A stretch of 47,461 bases of DNA, taken from the UHGV virus genome UHGV-0210064; one strand, written 5' to 3'. The notes under the pieces were generated by a model. It searched no databases, was not told the origin of the DNA, and worked only from the letters and a program-made list of their open reading frames with translations. Made by a program: the position numbers and the translations under genes. Positions 28,462-38,382 of this stretch are shown piece by piece (within the stretch, counting starts at the first letter, position 1; each line of letters begins with the position of its first letter). The DNA comes from a virus.

Positions 28462-29327
28462 GTTACAAGGAGAGAGAGCTTACCGTATCGTTCACGCTGG
28501 CTAACGGTACGTTTGACGGCGGAATTGGTAACACGCTGACGGTTAAAGGCTTCAAGTGTGAAGCTGCTATATCTGCCTTTGGCGGCGCTACAGGCACAAT
28601 GATGGAGCTAAGTCTGTGGGGCCTGTCGCTGGAGAACATGGCCAAGCTGACGACCAATGCGCAAAAAATAATCGCTGCTGAGCAAAACGCTATCGTCGTT
28701 TATGCCGGTGATACCCGTGTTTTTTCCGGGTCGATAACATCTGCCAGGATTAACCTGAACCAGATGCCTGATGCGCCGATCGAGATAACCGCGGCGGCCG
28801 CCGGCAGGGAGCGCCTGATCCCCTGTGAGCCCACATCCATTCGCGGCGATGCGGATGTGGCTGATATGATTCGCGCTCTTGCCTTTAAAGTTGGCCTGAA
28901 ATTCATCAATGTCGACGTCAAAAGCACCGAGCGCAACCCGGTGTACAAAGGCAATGCGATAAAGCAGATCATTGAAATAGCAGCTGCGCATAAAATAACG
29001 GTAAATATTGATTTTGGCACCGTCACTATTTACACCGGGAAGAAACCCTCTGACTCTGTCGTTCCATATGTTTCTCCATCAACAGGGCTTATTGGGTATC
29101 CGATTTTTTATGACATGGGGATTAACTTTCGCTGCATTTACTCTCCATCTCTGAAACTGAACACCAAAATCATCCTTGAGACTGACCTGCCGCACGCAAG
29201 CGGGGAATGGATTATTCAGGCAGGAACCACTCATTACCTTTCCTGTAAAGTTCCCGGTGGTCTGTGGGAAACGTTCGTTGTGGCCGCGCCGGGATATCTT
29301 GTAAAAGGGAACGAAAATGCTAACTAA
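28458..29327 (+). CDS. baseplate hub protein (P2 gpD / Mu gp44-like)
   Basis: Position and size. Confidence 0.45.
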   Translation: MSYKERELTVSFTLANGTFDGGIGNTLTVKGFKCEAAISAFGGATGTMMELSLWGLSLENMAKLTTNAQKIIAAEQNAIVVYAGDTRVFSGSITSARINLNQMPDAPIEITAAAAGRERLIPCEPTSIRGDADVADMIRALAFKVGLKFINVDVKSTERNPVYKGNAIKQIIEIAAAHKITVNIDFGTVTIYTGKKPSDSVVPYVSPSTGLIGYPIFYDMGINFRCIYSPSLKLNTKIILETDLPHASGEWIIQAGTTHYLSCKVPGGLWETFVVAAPGYLVKGNENAN

Positions 29328-29904
29328 CCAGACTCCTGAGAGCGTGTCATCGCAGGGTAACGCCATATTATCGCTGCTACATTCAGCGCTGAAGGGAATG
29401 ACGTTTGTCGATATTGTTCTGGTTAGAGAGGTTGAAGGCGATGTATTGACCGTTCTCCCCCTGGTCAATGATGTAGACGTTTCTGGCCGGGCCATTGCCA
29501 ACCAGGACGTTTACCAGATCCCATACCTCAGACTTCAGGCGGGAAACAGCGCGGTAAAAATGGAGCCAAGGCCAGGAGATATTGGTCTGATTGTGGTTTG
29601 CGACAAGGACACGACGAACGTTAGGGAAACCAGAGCGGAAGGCCCGGCGCCAACGCAGCGCCGGCACTCGTATTCCGATGCGATGTACATAACCGCAATA
29701 GCCAGCATGAATGGCGAGCCGACTGAATTCGCAGAATTTACCGGGAGTGGCATAAACATAAAGAGCCCCGGCGTTATTAACATCAATGGTTTGAAAGTCC
29801 ATCCGAGCGGACAGCTTGAGCTTGTCGATGGTTCTATCGTTGATGGACACTCTCATGGCGGAGTACAATTCGGAGGAGACAGAACCGAACCTCTGGAGCC
29901 GTGA
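29317..29904 (+). CDS. baseplate spike/assembly protein V-like
   Basis: Position. N-terminal OB-like region. Confidence 0.45.
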   Translation: MLTNQTPESVSSQGNAILSLLHSALKGMTFVDIVLVREVEGDVLTVLPLVNDVDVSGRAIANQDVYQIPYLRLQAGNSAVKMEPRPGDIGLIVVCDKDTTNVRETRAEGPAPTQRRHSYSDAMYITAIASMNGEPTEFAEFTGSGINIKSPGVININGLKVHPSGQLELVDGSIVDGHSHGGVQFGGDRTEPLEP

Positions 29905-30692
29905 TGAAAAAATTAATAGTCATTTCAGCATTTATTCTTTTTGCCTTATCTCCGCCAGCCATATCAAAGCAGATAACATCACATTTAAAAATGGTTGATG
30001 GTTATTTTAATGGAATCCTAACGGCACATGATGACGAGCCGATATGGTTTGGTATCTTGGAATTTGACTTTTTAGGCAGTCAGCACCTAACCTGCAGAAT
30101 GGACTCAATGCACACTTCTGGGGATGCGCCGGACAGGATGTCGTCAGTAAACTACCGTTGCCAAAATGGGTTTTCTGTCCAGCTATCAAAAAATGAAAAT
30201 GACAGGTACGCTATTTTAAACCTTCAAAACATAAACTTTGAAAGCGGAGAGGAAAGCCAGTTAGGTAGTTACAAGGTCACCTCATCAATTCCTTTAATGA
30301 TGATTGAAAATAATAAATATAATGATGATTTGTTTAATAAGAGGAATGCCGAGAGGGAGCAGTGGGTAAAGGAAAATACTGTTGACGTTTTTTCCGCATG
30401 CGACATTATCATGTCATCGCACCTTCTGGCTTATCAAATGGTTAATGCTGGAACACAAAATAACAGCGCAGGCAGGAATGAAATAAGGGATGCGCTGTCA
30501 AAACTTTACCCAAAAAATGCGGATGAAATGGTGCAATCATTTATAAGCTTTCACTCTGGCGACAAAGAGCCTTTTGGAATGCCGCTTACATTTGGAGTCA
30601 AGGGGCGAATGATTAAAATGTGCACGGATCAGCCAGGTGATTACATACCTGAGTTTGGCTCGCTGGTCATGTCAGGTAAAATATTCAGATAA
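29904..30692 (+). CDS. AT-rich moron encoding a secreted protein (cleavable Sec signal peptide)
   Basis: MMKKLIVISAFILFALSPPAIS-KQ signal peptide. Roughly 35% GC by eye against ~55% around it. ATG overlaps the upstream gene stop (gTGATGa). Its own terminator follows. Confidence 0.55.
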   Translation: MKKLIVISAFILFALSPPAISKQITSHLKMVDGYFNGILTAHDDEPIWFGILEFDFLGSQHLTCRMDSMHTSGDAPDRMSSVNYRCQNGFSVQLSKNENDRYAILNLQNINFESGEESQLGSYKVTSSIPLMMIENNKYNDDLFNKRNAEREQWVKENTVDVFSACDIIMSSHLLAYQMVNAGTQNNSAGRNEIRDALSKLYPKNADEMVQSFISFHSGDKEPFGMPLTFGVKGRMIKMCTDQPGDYIPEFGSLVMSGKIFR

Positions 30693-30731
30693 AAATTTAT
30701 TATTTATAAACCACTGCAATTAAATAATAGA

Positions 30732-30754
30732 CCTCGCTTCGGCGGGGTTTTTTT
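30732..30754 (+). terminator. intrinsic terminator (identical hairpin to 6397-6418)
   Basis: cctcgc-ttcg-gcgggg followed by a T7 run. Confidence 0.6.
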
Positions 30755-30767
30755 ATGGGCGAAATCC

Positions 30768-31124
30768 ATGAAAACAATCTCTCTCAAACTCGATCCCGAC
30801 ACCTGGGACCTTGTCCTTGATGAGCTGGGTAATATCGCCACGGTAGAAAACCCCTACGCCTGCGCTCAGGACGTAGCGACGGCATGCCTGGCTATACGCG
30901 GCGAATGCATTTACGAAAAAGACACCGGCGTTAATTACAAAGAGCTGCTGAACGTTAAGGCCAGTACTGGCGCCATGGCGGCCGCGCTTCAGGTTGAAGC
31001 GTTGCGGATGAGCTATATCGCGCGCGCTGAGCCGACGCTGATTAACAACCGAGATACGCGCCGCACTACCGGCGTTATTGCGATCGTGGATACCAACGGC
31101 CTGGATTCCAGCGTCACCCTGTGA
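30768..31124 (+). CDS. baseplate wedge protein (gpW / gp25-like)
   Basis: 118 aa, directly upstream of the J-like gene. Confidence 0.5.
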   Translation: MKTISLKLDPDTWDLVLDELGNIATVENPYACAQDVATACLAIRGECIYEKDTGVNYKELLNVKASTGAMAAALQVEALRMSYIARAEPTLINNRDTRRTTGVIAIVDTNGLDSSVTL

Positions 31125-31131
31125 GGAAAAA

Positions 31132-32364
31132 ATGACGACAATCTCTACGGCGGTACCGGCCGTGACCTTTTCCACCACTGGCCTTGATGTTCCAGATGAG
31201 GGAGACATTCTTGCCGGGCGTATAGCAGATATTGGTTCTGCATTCGGGACAGCGATGAGCACGAACCTTAAGACGCCGCAGGGGCAACTGGCTGTCACTG
31301 ATACTGCAATCATCGCTGACAAAAACGATCAGCTTCTGGCTATCGTCAACAACATGAACCCGGACTTTTCCTCCGGCAGATTTCAGGATGGCATCGGCAG
31401 GATTTACTTCCTCGACCGCATTGCTGCGGCGGGCACCGTTGTAACGGCCACATGCTCCGGCGTGCCGGGAACGGTAATTCCCGCACAGTCCTATGCAACC
31501 GACGATAACGGCTATATGTACGTGTCTTTGGCGGCCGGAACGATAGGCGCAGAAGGGACGGTAAAAATCGAGTTCCAGAACCTGACTACCGGGCCGATGG
31601 CCTGCCCAATCGGGACGCTGACAAACATCTATGTCGCGGTAAGTGGCTGGTCGAGCATTACCAACGAGACCGCAGGCGTTCCGGGATCAAATGTGGAAGG
31701 GCGATCTGCCTTTGAGTATCGGCGCCGTCAGTCGGTAGCGCGTAATGCCTTCAACACAGCAGCGGCTGTGCGGGCTGCCGTTCTGGAGGTCGACGGGGTG
31801 CTTGATGTCTATGTTATCGACAACAAAGAACCCACCCCCGTCGATAAAGGCTCGACGAATTACACGCTTCTGGCCAGCTCAATTTATATCGGGGTTTATG
31901 GCGGGGCGGTCGCTGACATTGCAGCGGCCATTAATAATAAGCTACCCCCCGGTACCGTCATGAACGGTGACACCACCGGAACCGTGCAGGATACCGAAAA
32001 TTATGACGCCCCTTATCCGGAGTACACCTACAGGTGGAAAACGCTGGATGCGGTGAGCGTTCATATCAAGGTGGAATACGAGGCGAATGACGGCCTTCCC
32101 TCGGATATCAACGCGCAGATCAGAACGGTCGTCCTGAATGCCTTCTCCGGCGCAGATGGCGGCACCCGGGCGCGTGCTGGCGCGCGAATTTATGGCAGCC
32201 GGTTTATCGGCCCTATCCAGGCGCTTGATGCACAGAACATGAACGTTCTCTCGGTCCAGATCTCTCTGGACGGAACCACCTGGTCGAGTGCTTTGACCAT
32301 GGGTATTGATCAGGAGCCGACTCTTGATGCGACAAACATCACAACGGAGGCGGTAAGTGAATAA
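31132..32364 (+). CDS. baseplate J-like protein
   Basis: ~410 aa. ATG at 31132 after a RBS (gaggaaaaaa). Confidence 0.6.
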   Translation: MTTISTAVPAVTFSTTGLDVPDEGDILAGRIADIGSAFGTAMSTNLKTPQGQLAVTDTAIIADKNDQLLAIVNNMNPDFSSGRFQDGIGRIYFLDRIAAAGTVVTATCSGVPGTVIPAQSYATDDNGYMYVSLAAGTIGAEGTVKIEFQNLTTGPMACPIGTLTNIYVAVSGWSSITNETAGVPGSNVEGRSAFEYRRRQSVARNAFNTAAAVRAAVLEVDGVLDVYVIDNKEPTPVDKGSTNYTLLASSIYIGVYGGAVADIAAAINNKLPPGTVMNGDTTGTVQDTENYDAPYPEYTYRWKTLDAVSVHIKVEYEANDGLPSDINAQIRTVVLNAFSGADGGTRARAGARIYGSRFIGPIQALDAQNMNVLSVQISLDGTTWSSALTMGIDQEPTLDATNITTEAVSE

Positions 32365-32944
32365 CGTCGACTGGACGATCTACGCGCAGTATGTGAACTC
32401 AACAAGCCTGCGGTCGCTGATTGATACCTTTAACGCTTCCGTCGCGCCTGAGGAATGGATAGACACGTTCTATGACCTCGTATTCAACATCGAGACATGC
32501 GGCGATTACGGGCTGATGTGCTGGGGAAAAATCGTTGATGTTGAGCGGTTGCTGACCGTCACGCCATCACAGCAGTTTCTGGGGTTTGGCGAAGCTACCA
32601 GCACCCCGGCGGAGCTCACTGATCCGCAGCCATTTAACCAGGCTCCTTTCTATACCGGCGTGCAGGACACGAACACTGTCGTCCTGACCAATGACGCATA
32701 CCGCAAGCTGATCATGTGCAAAGCGATGGCGAACATCAGCGACTGCACTGTGCCGGTCATGAATCGCATGCTGATGTACATGTTCGGCACCAGTGGGCGG
32801 GCTTACGTGCGTGACGATGGCAACCATGTCATGAGCTACGTCTTTGAGTTTCAACTTTCCGATTCGGAGCTGGCCATAGTGCAAAGCTCCGGCGCGCTTC
32901 CTTCCCCTCCCGGGGTAAAAGTTAACATCGTTCAGGAGGTCTGA
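32357..32944 (+). CDS. tail protein (P2 gpI-like)
   Basis: Position, and it overlaps the J-like gene. Confidence 0.45.
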   Translation: MNNVDWTIYAQYVNSTSLRSLIDTFNASVAPEEWIDTFYDLVFNIETCGDYGLMCWGKIVDVERLLTVTPSQQFLGFGEATSTPAELTDPQPFNQAPFYTGVQDTNTVVLTNDAYRKLIMCKAMANISDCTVPVMNRMLMYMFGTSGRAYVRDDGNHVMSYVFEFQLSDSELAIVQSSGALPSPPGVKVNIVQEV

Positions 32945-32945
32945 A

Positions 32946-34241
32946 TTGAATAATTCAGCCATTCCGTCACGTCTGACGGTTGTCTTTTCTGTGAGCGGCG
33001 ATAAAAACACGATCCCGGTCAATTCCACCTCTGAAACGCTGGCTGATGGCCTGGCGGCGATGGACTCCGGTTTCCCGCCCCTGACCCGCATCGCACTCTC
33101 TGCCGGCGGTAAGCCGCCAAAGGGGCAGGACTTTAACGGGATTTTCAATGACGTTTACACGCGCCTGCAATGGTCGGCTGCCGGGATGGGCTACCCCTTT
33201 AACGCGGATTTCAGAACGGCAATTTCCGGCTACCCGAAAGGCGCGGTGATCCCGTCCAGCGATTACTCGGTGTCATGGCTCAACACCATCGACTCCAATA
33301 ACACCGCACCGGAAAAAACCGATGCCACTGCATCTGGCTGGATGCCTTCATGGGGATGCGGAGCGGCGAGTATTTCAATATCGACGGCGAACGTTAACGC
33401 CACCGATCTGCAGGCCGCTAACCCGCGGTTAATTCTCACTGGTGCGCTAACTGGTAACCGGGTGCTTTATCTTCCGCCATGGGTGAAAGACTGGACCATT
33501 GAAAATAACTGCACCGGCAGCGCTTATTACGTCCAGATCAGCACCAGGGCTGCGGGAATGACCGTTGTCAGCAAGCCGGGGACAGTCACCCAAATTCATT
33601 CTGACGGAACCAACGTAACCTCCCTTTCTAAGCCGCACGGAAACATTGTTTACGCAGTAAACGGGACATATTCGTTCGTCGTGCCTGCAGGGGTAACGCG
33701 CATTCGTTACACCGTGACAGGTGCAGGCGGATCAGGAAGCGGATGTCAGGCGTCATCCTCAAGTGAGTCCTATAGCGGCGGCGGGGGCGGGGCTGGCGGT
33801 ACAGCTTTAGGCTGGCTGGATGTTGTTCCGGGAACGACGTTATCCGTTGTCGTAGGCAAAGGCGGCACAGCGGTATCAGGCGCCGTGTCCGGCAATGACG
33901 GCGGTGACTCTTCTTTGGGCGGGGTCATCTTCGGACGGGGCGGGAAAAAATCCAACAAGGCCAGCATCGTGAACAGCGCCGGGGGGGATGGCGGCGTTGC
34001 GTCAGGTGGCGATGTCAACATTCAGGGCGGTACCGGTCAGGACGGACAGGCCGCGACCAATATGCTTACCGGTTCTGGTGGAGCTTCGTTCTGGGGCGGT
34101 GGTGGTCGTAGCGGCGCAACAGGCGGCGTAAAAGGGAAGGCTGCTGGCTCTGGTGGTGGTGGTGCATACGATATTGATTTCAGCGGAATAGCTTACCCAT
34201 CCGGCGATGGCGCCGATGGCATTGTGCATATCGAGTGGTAA
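32946..34241 (+). CDS. tail fibre protein with Gly-rich C-terminal repeats
   Basis: Gly-rich runs (GGGGGAGGTALGW, GGDGGVASGGD...). Position after the baseplate genes. Confidence 0.55.
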   Translation: MNNSAIPSRLTVVFSVSGDKNTIPVNSTSETLADGLAAMDSGFPPLTRIALSAGGKPPKGQDFNGIFNDVYTRLQWSAAGMGYPFNADFRTAISGYPKGAVIPSSDYSVSWLNTIDSNNTAPEKTDATASGWMPSWGCGAASISISTANVNATDLQAANPRLILTGALTGNRVLYLPPWVKDWTIENNCTGSAYYVQISTRAAGMTVVSKPGTVTQIHSDGTNVTSLSKPHGNIVYAVNGTYSFVVPAGVTRIRYTVTGAGGSGSGCQASSSSESYSGGGGGAGGTALGWLDVVPGTTLSVVVGKGGTAVSGAVSGNDGGDSSLGGVIFGRGGKKSNKASIVNSAGGDGGVASGGDVNIQGGTGQDGQAATNMLTGSGGASFWGGGGRSGATGGVKGKAAGSGGGGAYDIDFSGIAYPSGDGADGIVHIEW

Positions 34242-34255
34242 TAACAGGAAAAATT

Positions 34256-36652
34256 ATGGCGACTACCGACACACAGCAAACGGCACAGTTCGCGGCAGAG
34301 GCATCCGTGAGTGCCGCAGAGGCAAAGCAATATCTGATCGAGGTCCAGCAGGGCTATCAGGACATTAGCGCCACCACTCAGGAAGCGATTAATGCAGCGA
34401 CCGCGGCCGAAGCAGCAAAAGTCGCAGCAGAAACGGCGGAACAAGATGCAGCAAATGCTGCCTCGTCTTCAACCGAATCGGCGACAGCAGCAGCCGATTC
34501 AGCCGCTCAGGCCGCGCAATCTGCGGCAGCTGCTACAGAGTTTGCAGATAATAAATTCACGTTTCCTACTACCACAGCCGGCCTGGCAGCAACGACTAAC
34601 GGGCAGTATTTCCGAGTACCCCAAGGGGTAGATAACGATACGTCGTTTATCTATTACCAAAACAATTCTGGTGTCGCTGTAGAGTCTGCTGCTTTGCCTG
34701 GCGCGGAGTCGATTGCCGAGTTAAACAGAAAAATAACCTATGATGACCTCCAGTTAATAGGCACGCTAGGCGGCGACGACTCCAATGCTTGCATTTTGGT
34801 TGATCAGTATGGTGAGGTATTTCTTGTAGGGATTGGGTCTCAATCACTTCAGTATAAGCTGAAGATTATCGATAAAAGAATAAATGTAAACTCATCTGGA
34901 AATATTCAAGAGTTTCAAGACCTGATGGGGAATAAGGTTGCATTCATTGACTCCCTCGGAGGGTTGTTTATACCAGGTCTCGGGAATCTTTCTGTTCAGG
35001 ACAAAATAAAGGTTCTTGAAAGTATATCCAGTTACAGCTCATCTCAGGCTATGTTTACGTCTATAGATAAGCTGAAGAATAAAGTGTCATTTGTGGATCA
35101 GTATGGCTCTTTGTTTCTACCAGGCATGAACGGAGTGTCTTTACAGGATTCAATTAAAGGAATAAAGAAAAATGTAAACACTGATAGAGCGCCATTCATA
35201 AATAAATTAACTGACGCCCAGAGCAGAGCGCTGGAGTTTACAGATGAAGACGGTAAGTATTACCTGAAAGGATTCGGGGCTAAATCGCTGGAGGAACATT
35301 TTAACTCGCTTAAAAAGCGCGTTAACACGCTGTATAAGGCGAAAGCGATTTTTGATGCCTGGCTGGATTTTGGTATTGACTGGAACGGTAACGAATCCAT
35401 TTCCCTGCAGTTGCAGACAGCAGTCAACTATGTGAGCAAGTTGCCATATGGTGGCGAAATAGTTCTTCGCCCTGGTGTGTATCGCCTGCATACCTATATC
35501 ACTGCAAAACCTAACGTGACGATCCGCTGCGTTCCAGGCGCGGTATTCATGCCGATGCTGGCAAATGCGGCGTTTTATTACCGTTCGCCGCAGGAAATTT
35601 ACCTCGAAAACTTTAACCTGATTGATGTCGAGATTGACGGGTCGGAACAGCACTCACCGTCTTATGACGTGGGAGCAAAGGGAACATACCTGCAGTATTT
35701 CCGTCAGTGCATGTTCCTGCGCTGTAACGTTCACGACACCGGGGCCACCGGTATCGGTAATGATTATCCTGACCGGTCTTTCATTTTGGACTGCTATGCG
35801 GATAACTGTGGCCGGCTCGCCCCTGACGGCAGCGGTGGCGCTTCCGGAATTGGCATCGGTCTTGGGGCGATCCAGGACGAGGCACTGATTGTTTCTCGCG
35901 CCATCACCAAAAACTGCAAGAATTTTGGGATGTTCTTTGAGCAGCAAAGGCTTTCAGGGCCTGGTCAGCCATACGTCGCGCGACAGATAATCGTTTCCGA
36001 CGTTGTGAGCACTGGAAATGGCCACGGGTTCGGCGACTGTGGCGCATCCGGACTGGTGGTGGTCAACGGCCAGTTCAATGACAACCTCAAAACCGGTATC
36101 AGCATTGACGCTGGGACGCTGGCTAACAACGGTATCGCTCCCCGCCCGGGTAAGAACGGGCTGATGCTGAACTGTCAGGTTGAGCGTAACGGGGTGACCG
36201 GGCTCCATTATGACTCGACCAAAATTCAGGCCGATGGTGGCTATTCATTCTCCGACCTGCACATCAACGACAACGCCCAGGATGCGATTTTAATCGAGGC
36301 TGGCGATAACACCCTGGCGGATGTTCGCTTCGACAATATGGACATCAAAAATAACGGTCGTTATCCGGTGAATGTTGCCAGCGGCGTATTTACCGACCTC
36401 GACTTCACGAATCTTCGCATGCTGCGAAATGGCGGAGATACCGCGTTTAAGCTGGATGGAAATATCACGCGGGGCACAATTCATAATTGTAAGCTTCGCT
36501 CACAGAATGGCGCCGCAGCAATTACCGGCGGAGGTAATATCAGCAATTTCGACATTGCCGAAAACCAGTACACCGACACCAACAGCAACCCCATCAATCT
36601 TACCGGCACACTGACGAATGTCACTTATGGCCGTAACCCAGGACTGGAGTAA
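34256..36652 (+). CDS. tailspike / putative polysaccharide depolymerase (right-handed beta-helix), mosaic
   Basis: Ala/Gln-rich N-terminal anchor. Four ~49-aa internal repeats in an AT-rich segment. The C-terminal region has pectate-lyase-like motifs (NxxGxGIGxD...). Confidence 0.5.
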   Translation: MATTDTQQTAQFAAEASVSAAEAKQYLIEVQQGYQDISATTQEAINAATAAEAAKVAAETAEQDAANAASSSTESATAAADSAAQAAQSAAAATEFADNKFTFPTTTAGLAATTNGQYFRVPQGVDNDTSFIYYQNNSGVAVESAALPGAESIAELNRKITYDDLQLIGTLGGDDSNACILVDQYGEVFLVGIGSQSLQYKLKIIDKRINVNSSGNIQEFQDLMGNKVAFIDSLGGLFIPGLGNLSVQDKIKVLESISSYSSSQAMFTSIDKLKNKVSFVDQYGSLFLPGMNGVSLQDSIKGIKKNVNTDRAPFINKLTDAQSRALEFTDEDGKYYLKGFGAKSLEEHFNSLKKRVNTLYKAKAIFDAWLDFGIDWNGNESISLQLQTAVNYVSKLPYGGEIVLRPGVYRLHTYITAKPNVTIRCVPGAVFMPMLANAAFYYRSPQEIYLENFNLIDVEIDGSEQHSPSYDVGAKGTYLQYFRQCMFLRCNVHDTGATGIGNDYPDRSFILDCYADNCGRLAPDGSGGASGIGIGLGAIQDEALIVSRAITKNCKNFGMFFEQQRLSGPGQPYVARQIIVSDVVSTGNGHGFGDCGASGLVVVNGQFNDNLKTGISIDAGTLANNGIAPRPGKNGLMLNCQVERNGVTGLHYDSTKIQADGGYSFSDLHINDNAQDAILIEAGDNTLADVRFDNMDIKNNGRYPVNVASGVFTDLDFTNLRMLRNGGDTAFKLDGNITRGTIHNCKLRSQNGAAAITGGGNISNFDIAENQYTDTNSNPINLTGTLTNVTYGRNPGLE

Positions 36653-36654
36653 AT

Positions 36655-38037
36655 ATGTCGTTAAAAACTGTATCTAACATGCCTTATCTTGGTGATATTG
36701 CAGACCTGCCGCCTTTAACTGCGCCAATGCCTAATGGTGGCGTGTATTACGGCGACTTCGTTTCTGGCATGTACATTAATAATGTTCCCGTCCCATTTCA
36801 GAAAAATAAGTTATACGCAACGGTACTATCATTTGCCCGCAACTCACTTGCTTCATTGGTTAACGCTTCTGGAGCCCTTGATTATGCGGCGGTAAACACA
36901 CCTCGTTTTGATCATCATCCCTTAACACTGGAGAATATAGGTGTAAGGGTCGAGAACTCCACTACTAACTATGCGTTAAGCGCAACAGATCAAACAGGGG
37001 CAAACTACATCCCTACTGGCCTGGCTGTGTCTTCTCCTTCAAATGGGTGGTGTACATTAACAGAGAGCACGGCTAATGAGGTTCATACCCTCTTAGATAA
37101 TCAGAGCCAGATTGATAGCTCGCTTTATAATGCGATATCTGTTCTTGCAAAAGCCGGGTCTGCTCAATTTATGCAAATACAGGTTTTGGGCGCAGGGGCT
37201 CAGGCGTTTGCTAACTTTGACCTGAGAAACCAGAAAGTGACGAAAATGGGGCGTCTGGCATACCGGGCAAACATTTTCCAGTCGGTGAATAACAGCTTGC
37301 GCTGTGTGCTTTGTGTTAAGGGGGCAGGAAACACAACTGCATCTGTGAAATACAGCATCATTAACGACCCTTTGGCAGAGCCAGATGTTGCATATACGGG
37401 GACTGCGCGCAACATTCAGGTAAGCCTGATGCAGATCGAGAAAAATACTTACCACGCCAGCTCTCCATTTTTCCCGAATGGCGCCGTAGGTGGCACAACC
37501 AGCGCGAATCGCCAGGCAGATGCCGCCCGTCTGCTGGATATCCCTGCGGGGGTTAAATCCAACTTCTCGGTATTTGTTAAAGGATTAATGACGCCTGTTC
37601 CATTGGGCAATGCTGGCGGTAACATTCTTTTCTCACTACTGAATAATACCGCGTTGAAATATGTTGGATTTGGCCTTGGCGGGGCTGACAGTTCAAATGC
37701 GTTTCAGTCCCTGGCTGCGCACAACATTAACGCCGGTAGCACGCTGGCGGGCATTCCGTTTACCGGGAAAATGTTTTCTCAGTATGGTGAATATGCTCTG
37801 ATGATCACCGTTAATAACGGGGTACTTAAAGTCTATAGCGGCATGACGTCAGCACCTGAAACACTTCTAACCTCATGCCCGGCATTTGATTATGTAATGC
37901 TGGGACGCAATAGCTCAGTGTCAGGGTCTACCGTCTCGAACACTGGTTTTTGGGGTGGGTGGCTACAGAAAGCTGTGCTTTTCGATTCTGCGTTAAGTGA
38001 CGCTGACATGATGGCTCAGTTCGATCTGCTTTCTTAG
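36655..38037 (+). CDS. second receptor-binding / tail fibre-like protein
   Basis: 460 aa, directly after the tailspike. Confidence 0.4.
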   Translation: MSLKTVSNMPYLGDIADLPPLTAPMPNGGVYYGDFVSGMYINNVPVPFQKNKLYATVLSFARNSLASLVNASGALDYAAVNTPRFDHHPLTLENIGVRVENSTTNYALSATDQTGANYIPTGLAVSSPSNGWCTLTESTANEVHTLLDNQSQIDSSLYNAISVLAKAGSAQFMQIQVLGAGAQAFANFDLRNQKVTKMGRLAYRANIFQSVNNSLRCVLCVKGAGNTTASVKYSIINDPLAEPDVAYTGTARNIQVSLMQIEKNTYHASSPFFPNGAVGGTTSANRQADAARLLDIPAGVKSNFSVFVKGLMTPVPLGNAGGNILFSLLNNTALKYVGFGLGGADSSNAFQSLAAHNINAGSTLAGIPFTGKMFSQYGEYALMITVNNGVLKVYSGMTSAPETLLTSCPAFDYVMLGRNSSVSGSTVSNTGFWGGWLQKAVLFDSALSDADMMAQFDLLS

Positions 38038-38104
38038 CAATAACTTGCGACAGAGAGAAAAATTGATAGCCAGAGCCGGACTTGATCTGCCTACATTATA
38101 AAAT

Positions 38105-38124
38105 TACTGTATATAAAAACAGTG
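38105..38124 (+). promoter_or_regulatory. LexA (SOS) box tactgtatataaaaacagtg
   Basis: CTGT-N8-ACAG with an AT-rich centre, 19 bp upstream of the ATG at 38143. Confidence 0.6.
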
Positions 38125-38142
38125 TTTATCGGAGGGCAGATC

Positions 38143-38382
38143 ATGCTTCGACAGTCAGACATCGCCGCGGCTTTCCGCGAGTCCATTTTGCGCAGTTCCA
38201 AGGGTTTCCAGTACCTTCACACCCGCGACTTCGTTACCGCGCTGCGCCGGCGCGGAATCCACTTTTCCGAGGTGGAGGCTAACGCCTGGATCTCACGCGA
38301 GCAGACGTATTTCGTTGATAAGACACCGGACCATAGCGAAAACAGGCTGTGGATGATGGCAAACATGGGGAGGGTCATCTGA
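38143..38382 (+). CDS. hypothetical 79-aa protein, first gene of the SOS-regulated operon
   Basis: RBS ggaggg. ATG at 38143. Its stop overlaps the next start (TGATG). Confidence 0.45.
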   Translation: MLRQSDIAAAFRESILRSSKGFQYLHTRDFVTALRRRGIHFSEVEANAWISREQTYFVDKTPDHSENRLWMMANMGRVI

